Part shown: in pieces, positions 16,583 through 26,905 of the stretch
Position numbering within the stretch: the first letter of the stretch is position 1
Layout of the letters: every line of letters begins with the position of its first letter
Source: Bacillota bacterium
GTDB lineage: Bacteria; Bacillota; Sulfobacillia; Fermentithermobacillales; Fermentithermobacillaceae
Length of the DNA stretch: 64,000 nt
Reading direction: 5' to 3'
Assembly: GCA_050952125.1 (NCBI GenBank)
Contig: JBMNKK010000004.1
Location: 267,671-331,670, forward strand
Notes under the pieces: model-generated
What the model was told of the DNA's origin: nothing
Databases searched by the model: none
What the model saw: the letters and a program-made list of their open reading frames with translations, nothing else
Program-made: the position numbers and the translations under genes

Positions 16583-19081
16583 CTAGCCTTGCGCTCCCGC
16601 CACTGCTGCTCCGAATTTGATCTTTCCGTCATCGTCAACGTCAACCACGACTCTGTCGCCTTCCTTGAACTCGCCTCTCAGAACCAGGTCCGAAAGCGGA
16701 TCTTCTACCAGGCGCTGAATCGCTCTCCTGAGAGGCCTTGCTCCGTAGTCCGGATCGGTGCCTTCGCTGACAAGCTTCTCCTTAGCCTTGTCGGTTATCT
16801 CGATCGAGATGTTGGCAGCATCCTCCAGCCGTTTCGCTACCTGGTTCAGCTGCAGGAGGACTATCTGCTTTAAGTCTTCCGCCGTAAGTGCCTGGAAGAC
16901 GATGATCTCGTCAACCCGGTTTATGAACTCAGGCCTGAACACCCGCCTAACGGCATCCATGACCCGGTCTTTCATCTCCTCGTGAGCCTTGTCGGTGTCA
17001 CGTTCGGTAGTGAACCCTAAGACTGCCCTACCGTGAATCGCCTCAGCGCCTGCGTTTGACGTCATGATTATTATGCTGTTGCGGAAGTCCACCGTGCGCC
17101 CCTGCGCCTCTGTCAATCGCCCGTCCTCAAGCACCTGAAGCAGGATGTTGAAGACGTCAGGATGAGCCTTCTCGATCTCGTCGAGCAGAATCACTGAGTA
17201 GGGCTTGCGCCTAACTGCCTCGGTGAGTTGGCCGCCTTCATCATAGCCGACGTAACCGGGAGGCGCTCCAACCAACCTCGATACCGTATGCCGCTCCTGG
17301 TACTCGGACATGTCCAGCCGTATCATGGCATCCTCGTCACCAAAAAGGGCTTCTGCCAGCGTACGAGCCAACTCAGTCTTCCCTACCCCGGTAGGTCCGA
17401 GGAAGATGAAAGAGCCGATAGGCCGCTTGGGGTCTTTCAGCCCTGCTCTCGACCGCCGGATGGCGCGAGCAACCGCGTCCACTGCCTCGTCTTGGCGAAC
17501 CACTCTCTTGTGAAGCTCCTCCTCAAGGTTGAGGAGCCGTTCCGTCTCAGCCGCAGCCAACCGCTGGACCGGGATCCCCGTCCAATCGGACACGATTGAG
17601 GCGATCTCATCCTCAGTCACAGTGCACTTGTTGGGAACATCCTGTGTCTGCCAGTTCTTCTTTCTGTCTTCGAGCTCTTTGCGCAGCTGCTGCTCCTTAT
17701 CTCGGAACTTTGCGGCTTTCTCGAACTCTTGGTCTGAAACTGCGGCTTCCTTCTGCTGCGCGAGTTCTTCTATCCTGCGCTCTAGGTCCCGTACATCGTC
17801 AGGCGCCTCAAACGCGCGCATGCGTACTTTTGAACCGGCCTCGTCGATGAGGTCGATCGCCTTATCGGGTAGGAACCTGTCGGACACAAAGCGATCGGAA
17901 AGCCTTACCGCAGCCTCAAGCGCCTCGTCGGTGTACTTCACCTTGTGATGCTCCTCGTAACGGTCCTTCAGCCCTTTGAGGATCTGGATGGTCTCCTCAA
18001 CTGAAGGCTCCGATACCATCACCGGCTGGAAGCGCCGCTCAAGAGCTGCGTCTTTCTCTACATGCTTCCGGTACTCATCCAGGGTCGTCGCTCCAATGCA
18101 CTGCAGTTCGCCTCTGGCCAGAAGCGGCTTCAGAATGCTGGAGGCGTCAATGGCTCCTTCGGCTGCTCCGGCACCTATGATGTTGTGCATCTCATCTATG
18201 AACAAGATGATGTTGCCGGAGCGCCGGACTTCGTCAACAACCTTCTTGAGCCGTTCTTCGAATTCACCGCGGTACTTCGTGCCCGCGACAAGCGAGCCAA
18301 GATCCAAGGTGACAACCCGCTTGCCCTTGAGCATCTCGGGTACCTTGGAGTCGCTAATCGCCTGGGCCAGCCCCTCGGCTACCGCGGTCTTCCCTACTCC
18401 GGGTTCTCCAATCAGCACCGGGTTGTTCTTCGTCCTTCGCGATAGGATCTGAATGACCCGCTCAATCTCCTTCTCACGACCTATTACCGGGTCGAGTTTG
18501 CCCTGAGCGGCAAGCTCGGTGAGGTCTCGACCGTAGTTCTCCAGAGTAGGGGTACGCTTCTTGTCGCTGCGCTTAGCGTGCATGCCGGGTACCGAGAACC
18601 CGGTTGTACCCGGCATCGCGGGATTCTGGCCCGCTGCACCTGCCTGGGCTCCCCCAAGCAGGTTCACAATCTGTTCCTTGACGGCGTCGAATTGAACTCC
18701 CGCCTTATTCAGTATCTCGGCCGCCAAACCTTCATCCTCTTGCAGCAGCGCAAGCAGGATGTGCTCAGTTCCGACCCATGTGTGGCCAAGTTCCATAGCC
18801 ACTTTTTGGGCGTTCTGTATCACCCTCTTGGCGGCAGGAGTGGCGCTGTCTACGTTTCCCGGAGTCCGCTTCTGAACAACGTTTCCTATCTCCGCCTGGA
18901 TGTCTCGAATCTCCACTCCAATCGCAGTCAGCACTCTGCGGGCCAGTCCTCCTTCGGCCCTCAAGAGACCCATGAGAATATGCTCTGTATCCATCGCTTC
19001 AGCCCCGTATTGCTTGGCGTACTCCTCAGCCCAAGCCAAGACGCGGGAAGCGTTATCTGTGTATCTAGGCCTTCCGTTCAT
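16583..19081 (-). CDS. clpC: ATP-dependent Clp protease ATP-binding subunit ClpC
   Basis: Clp_N repeats, two AAA+ modules (GEPGVGKTA.. and GPTGVGKTE..) and a UVR motif are present. The track start (TTG inside the RBS) is re-assigned to the ATG giving [15 protein letters not shown]..., which is preceded by an AAAGGAGG RBS. Confidence 0.9.
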   Translation of the reverse strand: MNGRPRYTDNASRVLAWAEEYAKQYGAEAMDTEHILMGLLRAEGGLARRVLTAIGVEIRDIQAEIGNVVQKRTPGNVDSATPAAKRVIQNAQKVAMELGHTWVGTEHILLALLQEDEGLAAEILNKAGVQFDAVKEQIVNLLGGAQAGAAGQNPAMPGTTGFSVPGMHAKRSDKKRTPTLENYGRDLTELAAQGKLDPVIGREKEIERVIQILSRRTKNNPVLIGEPGVGKTAVAEGLAQAISDSKVPEMLKGKRVVTLDLGSLVAGTKYRGEFEERLKKVVDEVRRSGNIILFIDEMHNIIGAGAAEGAIDASSILKPLLARGELQCIGATTLDEYRKHVEKDAALERRFQPVMVSEPSVEETIQILKGLKDRYEEHHKVKYTDEALEAAVRLSDRFVSDRFLPDKAIDLIDEAGSKVRMRAFEAPDDVRDLERRIEELAQQKEAAVSDQEFEKAAKFRDKEQQLRKELEDRKKNWQTQDVPNKCTVTEDEIASIVSDWTGIPVQRLAAAETERLLNLEEELHKRVVRQDEAVDAVARAIRRSRAGLKDPKRPIGSFIFLGPTGVGKTELARTLAEALFGDEDAMIRLDMSEYQERHTVSRLVGAPPGYVGYDEGGQLTEAVRRKPYSVILLDEIEKAHPDVFNILLQVLEDGRLTEAQGRTVDFRNSIIIMTSNAGAEAIHGRAVLGFTTERDTDKAHEEMKDRVMDAVRRVFRPEFINRVDEIIVFQALTAEDLKQIVLLQLNQVAKRLEDAANISIEITDKAKEKLVSEGTDPDYGARPLRRAIQRLVEDPLSDLVLRGEFKEGDRVVVDVDDDGKIKFGAAVAGAQG

Positions 19082-19105
19082 GCTAAAGCCTCCTTTCAAA
19101 AACCA

Positions 19106-20191
19106 CTATGACTTGGCCGCAGCCAGATGGCGGCGGACCAGCTCGGCTCGCGTATAATCTCTCTCCTCGGGCGACATCGAGCGGCCCGAAACACGCATCA
19201 CGAAGTTGGGTTGGGCAATGACGAGGATCTCGTTCACCCGTTTCACGTCGAGACCCTGTATGAATCCGAATTCCACGCCGAGTCTCACATCGGACCAAAG
19301 CCGCACGGCTTCGCCTGAACTCATTGTGCGGGCATTAGAGAGTATGCCCCACGCCCTGAAGATACGGTCTTCTACTGCTGACCGCTTCGTCTTCATAAGT
19401 GTCTCGCGGTAGCGCTTTTCCTCGGCGACAACTTGATTGGCAACCAGAGAGATGTTCTCAAGGATCTCCTTCTCCGTTTGGCCCAATGTTATCTGGTTGG
19501 ATATCTGGTACACGTTTCCGTGACCTTCGGTGCCTTCGCCGTAGAAGCCCCGGACCACCAAACCCAGTTTGTTGACTGCCGACAGCACTCTGGACGCCTC
19601 GTCACCTATAGCCAGAGCAGGCAGGTGAACCATGATGGATGCCCTCAGTCCGGTACCCACGTTGGTCGGACACGCCGTCAAGAACCCGCTTTTCTCGTCG
19701 TAAGCAAAGTCCAGGCGCTCGTCGAGAAGGTCGTCCATGCCGCTGGCCGTTATCCAGGCCTCGTCGAGCTCCAGACCGGAGTACAGGCATTGAAGCCTCA
19801 GATGGTCTTCCTCGTTGACCATTATCGACACTCTCTCATCGGGCCGCGTAATGAGGCCCCTGCCGGAACCTTGTTGAGCGTGCTGGGGGCTCATGAGATG
19901 CTTCTCAACCAGCACTTGTCTGTCAAGCGGGCTTACGTCCTCAAGGGCGATGCAAGTCAGCTCGGGCACTGACTTCTTGGCGTTAATCTGGGCCACCGCT
20001 TTGAAGACAAGCTCCCTTGCCGCTTTCGCGGACTTATCATCCAATAGGTGAGGGAACTGGGTATCGCGGAGATTTCGAGCCAACCTTACACGTGAAGATA
20101 TGACGACATCGGCGAGATTGCCTGAGCCGTCCATCCAAGGCGACGAGGAGCTCCTCACAATCGCTTCCAAGAGTCCTTCTTTCGATCTCAT
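19106..20191 (-). CDS. mcsB: Protein arginine kinase McsB (ATP:guanido phosphotransferase family)
   Basis: 361 aa with phosphagen-kinase-like motifs. The 4-nt stop/start overlap with mcsA and the position between mcsA and clpC are characteristic. Confidence 0.85.
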   Translation of the reverse strand: MRSKEGLLEAIVRSSSSPWMDGSGNLADVVISSRVRLARNLRDTQFPHLLDDKSAKAARELVFKAVAQINAKKSVPELTCIALEDVSPLDRQVLVEKHLMSPQHAQQGSGRGLITRPDERVSIMVNEEDHLRLQCLYSGLELDEAWITASGMDDLLDERLDFAYDEKSGFLTACPTNVGTGLRASIMVHLPALAIGDEASRVLSAVNKLGLVVRGFYGEGTEGHGNVYQISNQITLGQTEKEILENISLVANQVVAEEKRYRETLMKTKRSAVEDRIFRAWGILSNARTMSSGEAVRLWSDVRLGVEFGFIQGLDVKRVNEILVIAQPNFVMRVSGRSMSPEERDYTRAELVRRHLAAAKS

Positions 20192-20721
20192 TCCTCGTCC
20201 CTCCTAAGCGCGGCTTCGATTTCTCTGATCCTGTCTCTCAGTTCCGCGGCCTTCTCGTAAGCTTCCTTTGAGACCGCGGCCGCTAACTGCCTCTTCAGAT
20301 CCTCAAGCTCTCTCCGCACCTTCGCGGCTCCGCCCGCTTTGGCAGGCGCTTTGCCAATGTGCCTGTCCGAGCCGTGAATCCTTCGGAGAAGCGGATCGAG
20401 CTTGTCTTCAAACGTCTCATAACACCGTGAACAGCCTAACCGTCCGGCTCGGGCGAAGTCTCTGTAGCTCATACCGCATACTCTGCATCTGACTTCTTCC
20501 TCACCTGCCAGGGGCGCCGGAAGGGTCTTGACCTGAGATCCGAGAAGCGCAGAAAGCAAGCTGTTGATAGAGAAGGTCGGTTGGAAGAAGACGCTGAATA
20601 CGCCTCTTTTCTGGGCGCAATCGCTGCAGAGATTCATGACAGTCTTCTTGCCGTTCACCACCTGCTCAAAGCGAACCGTAGCAGGGTTCTGACCGCACTC
20701 CTCGCACATCATGTCACTCAC
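20188..20721 (-). CDS. mcsA: McsA (UvrB/UvrC-motif zinc-finger activator of McsB)
   Basis: 177 aa with N-terminal CxxC pairs (CEECG..CSDCA; CRVCG..CSRCY) and a C-terminal UVR-like coiled coil (AVSKEAYEKAAELRDRIREIEAAL). Confidence 0.8.
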   Translation of the reverse strand: MSDMMCEECGQNPATVRFEQVVNGKKTVMNLCSDCAQKRGVFSVFFQPTFSINSLLSALLGSQVKTLPAPLAGEEEVRCRVCGMSYRDFARAGRLGCSRCYETFEDKLDPLLRRIHGSDRHIGKAPAKAGGAAKVRRELEDLKRQLAAAVSKEAYEKAAELRDRIREIEAALRRDEE

Positions 20722-21185
20722 TCTCCCTTTTCGTTCACCGAGAAATACGCATTCAACATGGCTTTAAGAAGGTTCGCTCTCAAGAGATCTCTCTCCGGCA
20801 ATCTTATGGTAAGGGCGTTTCTGGACAAAGCCGCTCGCATAACCGCGTAGGTCCGGTCGTCCAGATAACCCTCTTCGCGCAGCCTGTCGAGGTAACCGTA
20901 CGATTCATCCTGGCTCAGGTAACTGCCTATGTCGCTTACGACGTCCCGTATCTCCTCATCGTCCAGCGTAACCCGAGTGAGCCGGATGAAACCTCCGCCT
21001 CCCCGCCTGGACTCGATAATGTAGCCCCGCTCTGGGGAGAACCGTGAGGCGATAACGTAGGAAACCTGAGAAGGCGCACACCGGAAGAGCTCTGCTACCA
21101 GCGCCCTCTGAATCTCAGCCATGCCCTTGCCCTCTTCAATGAGGGACTCAATGTATTCCTCAATGAGATCCGCAAGACTGGCCAT
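20718..21185 (-). CDS. ctsR: Class III stress-gene transcriptional repressor CtsR
   Basis: ..FRCAPSQVSYVIASRFSPERGYIIESRRGGGGFIRLTRV.. is the CtsR winged-HTH/glycine-rich signature. The track start (GTG within the RBS) is re-assigned to the ATG MASLADLIEEY..., which has an AGGTGGTG RBS. Confidence 0.85.
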   Translation of the reverse strand: MASLADLIEEYIESLIEEGKGMAEIQRALVAELFRCAPSQVSYVIASRFSPERGYIIESRRGGGGFIRLTRVTLDDEEIRDVVSDIGSYLSQDESYGYLDRLREEGYLDDRTYAVMRAALSRNALTIRLPERDLLRANLLKAMLNAYFSVNEKGE

Positions 21186-21216
21186 GGGCGCTTTCACCAC
21201 CTGTTGTTCATTTTAC

Positions 21217-21233
21217 TTTGACTTTCTTTGACC
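21217..21233 (-). promoter_or_regulatory. CtsR operator (tandem heptad GGTCAAA-GAA-AGTCAAA)
   Basis: The minus strand reads GGTCAAAGAAAGTCAAA, matching the published CtsR box consensus A/GGTCAAANANA/GGTCAAA. It lies immediately downstream of the -10 element. Confidence 0.85.
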
Positions 21234-21235
21234 TT

Positions 21236-21264
21236 ATTATAATCAAGTCGTTTTCCACTTTCAA
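21236..21264 (-). promoter_or_regulatory. Sigma-A promoter of the ctsR-mcsA-mcsB-clpC operon (TTGAAA-17-TATAAT)
   Basis: The minus strand reads TTGAAAgtggaaaacgacttgatTATAAT, with the CtsR box overlapping the transcription start region. Confidence 0.7.
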
Positions 21265-21272
21265 GTATGGTC

Positions 21273-22517
21273 CTAACATCTCTTTAGGACTTGGCAGACG
21301 CGAAACTTCAGGTACTCGGTTTCGGGAACTCCCGCGAGGACAGGATGATCGGCCCTCTGACCTCTTCTCTCGATCACCCTTAGAGTCACCTTAGCGTCAG
21401 ACGCGGCTTCATCCAACATGGCGTCGAACTCCTGAGCGGTTACGTGTTGCGAACAGGACGAAGTGCACAATATCCCCCCGTCCTCAACGACTTTCATAGC
21501 GCGGAGGTTTACTTCCTTATAGCCGGCAAGAGCGCTCTCGACCATCTTCCTCGAGCGGGCAAAAGCCGGGGGATCAAGAAATACGGCACCGAACCGTACG
21601 CCGTCTCGCTCAAACTCGCGCAGCGCGTCGAACACATTGGCCGCGCGGAAAAACACTTCTCCTCCGAAGTGATTTCGGCCGGCCCCGGCCCTGCAAAGGT
21701 CCAGTGCGGCTTCAGATACATCCATGAACGTTACGCTCTTCGCACCGCCTGCGGCCGCCGAAAGTCCGAACCCACCCGAGTAAGAGAAAGCGTCCAAGAC
21801 GGATCTGCCCTTCACGAACTTCCGCGCGATCAGCCGGTTCTCGGTCTGGTCCAGGAAGTAGCCCGTCTTCTGTCCCCTCTGAATGTCCACCATGACCTTC
21901 ACGCCGTTCTCGTCCATCTCTATAAGGGGGTCAAAGGGTTCGCCCACATACCCTGATCTCAGGTTCAGGCCTTCCAACCGCCTGACAGGCGCGTCGTTCC
22001 TTTCGTAGATGCCTTTAGGCTCAACGAACTCCCGTAAGGCATCAAGGAGTGTCTCCTTCCAGCGATCGATGCCGTAGGTCAGAGTCTGAAACGATACATA
22101 GCCGGCGAAAATGTCCACTATCAACCCCGGAAGGAAGTCTCCTTCCGAATAGACGAGCCTGAAACCTCTCTCATCCTCGCCAAAGGCTCCGTCTATGCCA
22201 AAGAGAGAGCTGCGGTACTCCACGGCCTGCCGTAATCTGTCGCGGAAGAACTCCTCATCTATCTCGCGATCTTCCCGGGTCAAGACGCGGACGGTAATGG
22301 TCGATTCGGGGTTCAGATACCCGAGGCAGACAAATCTGCCCCGGGGATCGCGAACTTCCACTATGTCACCCTGGCTGTAAGTGCCGTCGATAGTCCCGAT
22401 CTCGCTCGAGAAAATCCAGGGGTGGCCGTAGAACACTCTATGCTTGACTTTGGGCAGAAGGCGGACGACGGGCCTCATGGCTTGGCGCTTTCCAGGAGAT
22501 ATTTCTCCGCCGACCAT
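21273..22517 (-). CDS. rlmI: Class I SAM-dependent rRNA (cytosine-C5) methyltransferase, RlmI/YwbD-like with N-terminal PUA domain
   Basis: 414 aa with an N-terminal PUA-like region, a Rossmann SAM-binding fold (..VLDAFSYSGGFGLSAA..) and catalytic-cysteine-region motifs. Confidence 0.7.
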   Translation of the reverse strand: MVGGEISPGKRQAMRPVVRLLPKVKHRVFYGHPWIFSSEIGTIDGTYSQGDIVEVRDPRGRFVCLGYLNPESTITVRVLTREDREIDEEFFRDRLRQAVEYRSSLFGIDGAFGEDERGFRLVYSEGDFLPGLIVDIFAGYVSFQTLTYGIDRWKETLLDALREFVEPKGIYERNDAPVRRLEGLNLRSGYVGEPFDPLIEMDENGVKVMVDIQRGQKTGYFLDQTENRLIARKFVKGRSVLDAFSYSGGFGLSAAAGGAKSVTFMDVSEAALDLCRAGAGRNHFGGEVFFRAANVFDALREFERDGVRFGAVFLDPPAFARSRKMVESALAGYKEVNLRAMKVVEDGGILCTSSCSQHVTAQEFDAMLDEAASDAKVTLRVIERRGQRADHPVLAGVPETEYLKFRVCQVLKRC

Positions 22518-23434
22518 GCCGCGGACGCCCCATCGGCTACTGCGGTGGTAATCTGGCGGAGCGGCTTCTTCCGGACGTCCCCTGCAACGAAAAGGCCCGG
22601 GGTCTTGGTGGACATGTCATCCTCAGTTAGGACATATCCGTAGGAATCGGTGTCGACCAGGTGCTGAACCGGTTGCACGTTGGGCATCCATCCAACGTAT
22701 AAGAAAAGCCCGTCTACGGCGATTTCCGTAGTGGTCCCGGTCTTCAGGTCTCTAACCGTAATGCTCTCCAGCTTGTCTCCGCCGCTAACACCTTCAATAA
22801 CAGATGAGAGAATCATCCTCACCTTAGGATTCGCCCGCACCCTGTTGACGGTGGCAAGTCCCGCCCTGAACTCGTCCCGGCGGTGTATCAGGATTACCTC
22901 CTTGGCGAACCTTGTAAGGAACTCGGCCTCGGTCAGTGCCGAGTCACCCCCACCCACTACAGCGACGGTCTTGTTTCTGAACAGGGCGCCGTCACAGGTG
23001 GCGCAGAAGCTGATGCCCTTGGCCAGGTATTTATCCTCTCCGGGTACGCCTAGTTTCCTAGGCAGCGTTCCGGCAGCATAGATGAGAGCGCGCGCCGTGT
23101 GAGAGCCGGACTCGGTCGTGACGACAAAGCCGGCCTCGCCACCGTCATTTGAGGGGCGTACTTCGGTTACCTCGTCAAACAGAATCTCGGCGCCGAAGCC
23201 CCGTGCCTGTTCAGCCATGAGTTCCATGAGCTCGGGGCCGGTAATCCCCTGAGGAAACCCGGGGTAGTTGTAGACCATGTCGGTGGTGCCGGCCTGGCCG
23301 CCTCCGCCCATCGGGTCCATGAGCACGGTTTTCCACCCTGCCCTGCCGGCGTATATGGCAGCAGTCATGCCCGCAGGTCCGCCGCCCGCGATGAGGATAT
23401 CGTAGTCCATTTCATTCACCTCTGCGTAGTACAT
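22475..23434 (-). CDS. trxB: Thioredoxin-disulfide reductase
   Basis: FAD-binding GGGPAG, the redox-active CATCDG motif and NADPH-binding GGGDSA are present. The true start is probably the internal MDYDILIAGGGPAG, which removes the 43-nt overlap with the upstream gene. Confidence 0.85.
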   Translation of the reverse strand: MYYAEVNEMDYDILIAGGGPAGMTAAIYAGRAGWKTVLMDPMGGGGQAGTTDMVYNYPGFPQGITGPELMELMAEQARGFGAEILFDEVTEVRPSNDGGEAGFVVTTESGSHTARALIYAAGTLPRKLGVPGEDKYLAKGISFCATCDGALFRNKTVAVVGGGDSALTEAEFLTRFAKEVILIHRRDEFRAGLATVNRVRANPKVRMILSSVIEGVSGGDKLESITVRDLKTGTTTEIAVDGLFLYVGWMPNVQPVQHLVDTDSYGYVLTEDDMSTKTPGLFVAGDVRKKPLRQITTAVADGASAAWSAEKYLLESAKP

Positions 23435-23450
23435 CCTTTATTCTTCCAAA

Positions 23451-24488
23451 ATGCTAACATGGCAAATCCCGACAGCCAAGACAACCGCCGTGTTTTACAC
23501 ACTCAGGCGTGGGAAATCTAGATCAGTGGAGGCGATAAGCATGTCACATGAGTCGCGCTGGCGCGGCAGGTTCAAGAGCGACAAGTGGCTCTGGATTCCC
23601 GGCATCATCCTGGCAATCGTTCTCACTGTGATCGTGAGGGGGATGCGGACCGCTCCGAAAGCCAACCTCCCTACCGATGAACCCACCATCTCCGTCTACA
23701 TGCACGAAAGCGGCGAAGTACAGAATATGCCGCTGGAGACCTATCTTGAGGGAGTCGTCGCAGCCGAAATGGACCCTACGTGGCCGCTTGAGGCGCTGAG
23801 AGCTCAGGCCATAGTAGCTCGAACGTTCACCCTCAAGAAAATGGAGGAGGGCGTACCCAAACGGAACACCCAGGCCAGCACGGACCCTAACGAGTTCCAG
23901 GCATACAACGCGTCAAGAGTCAACGATCGGGTGAAGCAGGCCGTAAAGGACACCAGGGGGCAGATCGTGCTGTACCGCGGTCAACCCATTAACGCGTGGT
24001 TCCATGCCAGTTCCGGCGGCATCACGGCCAGCGCCGCAGAGGGACTCGGGTACAAGAAAGAAGCCACTCCGTATGTGGCCCCAAAGAACGATTTGCAGGC
24101 CGAACCGACCCAAACTTGGTTCAGGACTTTCTCCAACGATCAGGTGTCAAGAGCCGCCGCCGCGGTAGGAGTTGAGGTGGGCTACGTGACATCGATCAAG
24201 ATCGGCCGGAAGGGCCCGTCGGGCAGGACGGAAACCCTCATCATCAACGAGAAAGAGGTGCCTGCGCCTTCGTTCCGCGTCGCGTTGGGAGCAACTGAAA
24301 TGAAGTCTACTCTGCTGGACTCGGTCTCCATGTCCGGTGATTCCGTAGTCATGAAAGGGCGAGGCTATGGGCACGGGGTAGGGATGTCCCAGTGGGGGGC
24401 ATGGCTCATGTCTCAACGGGGCAAGTCCGCGGAGGAGATCGTCAAGTACTACTACAGCAACGTCGAAATCGAAAAGCAGTGGGACTGA
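23451..24488 (+). CDS. spoIID: SpoIID/LytB-domain protein (stage II sporulation protein D-like lytic transglycosylase)
   Basis: 345 aa with a TM anchor followed by a SpoIID amidase-enhancer domain (..LEALRAQAIVARTFTLKK.., ..NAWFHASSGG..). The true start may be the internal MSHESRW. Confidence 0.7.
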   Translation: MLTWQIPTAKTTAVFYTLRRGKSRSVEAISMSHESRWRGRFKSDKWLWIPGIILAIVLTVIVRGMRTAPKANLPTDEPTISVYMHESGEVQNMPLETYLEGVVAAEMDPTWPLEALRAQAIVARTFTLKKMEEGVPKRNTQASTDPNEFQAYNASRVNDRVKQAVKDTRGQIVLYRGQPINAWFHASSGGITASAAEGLGYKKEATPYVAPKNDLQAEPTQTWFRTFSNDQVSRAAAAVGVEVGYVTSIKIGRKGPSGRTETLIINEKEVPAPSFRVALGATEMKSTLLDSVSMSGDSVVMKGRGYGHGVGMSQWGAWLMSQRGKSAEEIVKYYYSNVEIEKQWD

Positions 24489-24567
24489 TCCGGTAGTCTC
24501 TCCCGGTTTCTCCATGCAGGATTGCTCAAGCGAGAGCCTGCGCAGGAGACATTGAGCCTAAGAAAAA

Positions 24568-24596
24568 GTCCCGGCTGTCGCCGGGACTTTCACTCT
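24568..24596. terminator. Bidirectional rho-independent terminator (GTCCCGGC-tgtc-GCCGGGAC) shared by spoIID and the EF-G paralogue
   Basis: A perfect 8-bp stem is flanked by AGAAAAA upstream and TTTCACTCT downstream on the plus strand, and therefore by a T-run on the minus strand as well. Confidence 0.7.
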
Positions 24597-24627
24597 GCAA
24601 CTAAACATCGCCCAAAGCGCTGTACCT

Positions 24628-26715
24628 CTACTTTTCTTCTTCCTTGCGCTTCTTGGCTTCCTCTATGACGTCTTCTGCAATGTTGCCGGGAACCTCTTCA
24701 TAGTGGTCAAATTCCATGGTGAAGAGGCCGCGACCCTGGGTCATCGACCGGAGGTCGATGGCGTATTTCTGCAGTTCAGCCAACGGGGCGGTAGCTTTGA
24801 TGACCTGGAAGCGGCCCCTTGCCTCCATACCCTGGATCCTACCGCGCTTCTTGTTCAAGTCACCCATGATGTCGCCCATGAACTGGTCGGGAACGGTGAC
24901 CTCCAACCTCATTATAGGCTCCAGCAAGATCGGGTTGGCCTCTGCGCATCCCTTCTTAAACGCAAGGGAAGCGGCAATCTTGAACGCCATTTCGGATGAG
25001 TCAACCGGGTGATACGAGCCGTCATACAGAATGGCCCTGAGTCCGGTGACAGGATACCCGGCCAGGACTCCTTCTGTGATTGCCTCACGAAGCCCCTTCT
25101 CAACTGCCGGAATGTATTGCCGGGGCACTGCCCCACCGAAAATCTTGTCGACAAACTCAAAGTCGGTATCGGGCGCGGCCTCAAACTCAATCCATACGTG
25201 GCCGAACTGCCCTCGCCCGCCGGTCTGCTTCTTATGCCGGCCTTCGGCTTTGGCCGAACCCTTGATGGTCTCGCGGAAAGGGATAATCGGGGTGGTAAGG
25301 TCGACGTCGACTCCGAACTTCCTCTTGAGCTTCCCGGTTGTCACGTCTACGTGAACCTCGCCCAGACCGGACAGGATGGTTTCGGCTGTCTCGGCATTCC
25401 TCTCTACGGTGATCGTCGGGTCTTCTTCCGTAAGCCTGGTTAGGCCCGTGGAGATCTTGTCTTCGTCGCCCTTGGTCCTGGGATGGACGGCAACCGAGTA
25501 GATGGGCGCAGGGAACTTAATGGGGCTGAAGACCACAGGGTCTTCCTGGCTGCACAAGGTGTCTCCCGTCAGCGTATCCTGAAGCTTTGCTACGGCCCCG
25601 ATATCGCCCGCGTTAACCGCCGCCGCAGGTTCCTGCGTCTTTCCCTTTATCGTATACAGCTGGCCGACTCTCTCGACCTTGTTGCGAGTCGAGTTGAGAG
25701 CCGTGCTGTTGGAAGCAAATCTGCCCGAGTACACCCTGAACAAAGTCAGCTTGCCGACATAGGGGTCGGCCATGGTCTTGAACACGAGAGCCGAAAGCGG
25801 AGCTCCTTGCGAAGGCTCGCGCTCAACTTCGGTCTCGCTTCCGGGAACGGTACCCTTGACCGCAGGTACATCGCTGGGAGAAGGCAGGTACTCGATTATA
25901 GCGTCCATGAGCTGGATAACGCCGAGCATCTTCGCTGCCGCTAGCGGGACCACCAGCGAAATCCGGCCGGCCACTGATGCCAGGTGAAGGCCACGAAGGA
26001 TCTCTTCGTTCGTCAGGTCGCCTTCCTCAAGGTACTTCTCCATGAGTTGGTCATCGCCGTCGCACGCAGCTTCTTTGAGCTGCTCCTTTACTTCGGCTAC
26101 GGCGTCTGCCATATCGTCCGGAACGGGCGCTTCGGTGCATTTGCCGTCGGGCTTGGGAGTCAGCATGACACCGCGAATGACATCGACAAGCCCCTTCAAG
26201 CCGGCCTGCTTACCTACAGGCAGGTAAAGAGGAGTGGCGTGCCCGCCCAGGGCATCATTTATCTCTTTGACCGTCGACAGGAAGTCGGTGTTCTCTCTGT
26301 CGAGTTTTGACACTGCAACAAGGCGCGGAACCCCGTACTCGTTGGCATATTGCCAGACGAGCTCGGTCCCTACCTCGACCCCTCCTGTTGCATCGACTAC
26401 AACTACAGCCCCGTCACACACGCGGAGTGCCGAACGCACTTCGCCGACAAAGTCGAAGTACCCGGGAGTGTCCAACACGTTCAGTTTCTTGCCCTTCCAC
26501 TCGACGGGGGCAATGGAAGTGGAAATCGTAGTCTTCCTTCTTTGCTCCTCGGGGTCGTAATCGAGAACGGAAGTAGCATCATCGGTGCGTCCGAACCGGT
26601 CGCTTCCTCCAGAAGCGAACAACATCGCGTCTCCCAAAGTGGTCTTGCCCGCGCCACTGTGGGAGATGAGAGCAACGTTGCGGATGCTTCCCGTGGAATA
26701 TTCTTTCAAAGCCAT
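24628..26715 (-). CDS. Elongation factor G-family translational GTPase (EF-G paralogue)
   Basis: 695 aa with G1 AHSGAGKTT, G3 DTPGYFDF and G4 SKLD, plus EF-G domains II-V. It lies outside the str operon, so is likely a second fusA-like copy. Confidence 0.8.
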   Translation of the reverse strand: MALKEYSTGSIRNVALISHSGAGKTTLGDAMLFASGGSDRFGRTDDATSVLDYDPEEQRRKTTISTSIAPVEWKGKKLNVLDTPGYFDFVGEVRSALRVCDGAVVVVDATGGVEVGTELVWQYANEYGVPRLVAVSKLDRENTDFLSTVKEINDALGGHATPLYLPVGKQAGLKGLVDVIRGVMLTPKPDGKCTEAPVPDDMADAVAEVKEQLKEAACDGDDQLMEKYLEEGDLTNEEILRGLHLASVAGRISLVVPLAAAKMLGVIQLMDAIIEYLPSPSDVPAVKGTVPGSETEVEREPSQGAPLSALVFKTMADPYVGKLTLFRVYSGRFASNSTALNSTRNKVERVGQLYTIKGKTQEPAAAVNAGDIGAVAKLQDTLTGDTLCSQEDPVVFSPIKFPAPIYSVAVHPRTKGDEDKISTGLTRLTEEDPTITVERNAETAETILSGLGEVHVDVTTGKLKRKFGVDVDLTTPIIPFRETIKGSAKAEGRHKKQTGGRGQFGHVWIEFEAAPDTDFEFVDKIFGGAVPRQYIPAVEKGLREAITEGVLAGYPVTGLRAILYDGSYHPVDSSEMAFKIAASLAFKKGCAEANPILLEPIMRLEVTVPDQFMGDIMGDLNKKRGRIQGMEARGRFQVIKATAPLAELQKYAIDLRSMTQGRGLFTMEFDHYEEVPGNIAEDVIEEAKKRKEEEK

Positions 26716-26838
26716 CTCCTCCTACGCTATAAAAAGCAAGAAAAGCTCCTCGGGCATATTATCAATTTGCGCACAGTAGGCGCAAGAGCAAGCTTCCCCA
26801 AACAGCGGTCTTACTTGGGGTTTTGACGACGAAGAGAA

Positions 26839-26868
26839 GGGCCCCCTTGGCTCGGGGGCCTTTCTCTA
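26839..26868. terminator. Terminator hairpin GGGCCCCC-ttggctc-GGGGGCC downstream of the secreted-protein gene
   Basis: The GC-rich stem is followed by TTTCTCT on the plus strand and by CTTCTCTTCG on the minus strand. Confidence 0.55.
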
Positions 26869-26905
26869 TAATGAGCAGGGATCTATAGGCAGTGCCTTCT
26901 TCGGT

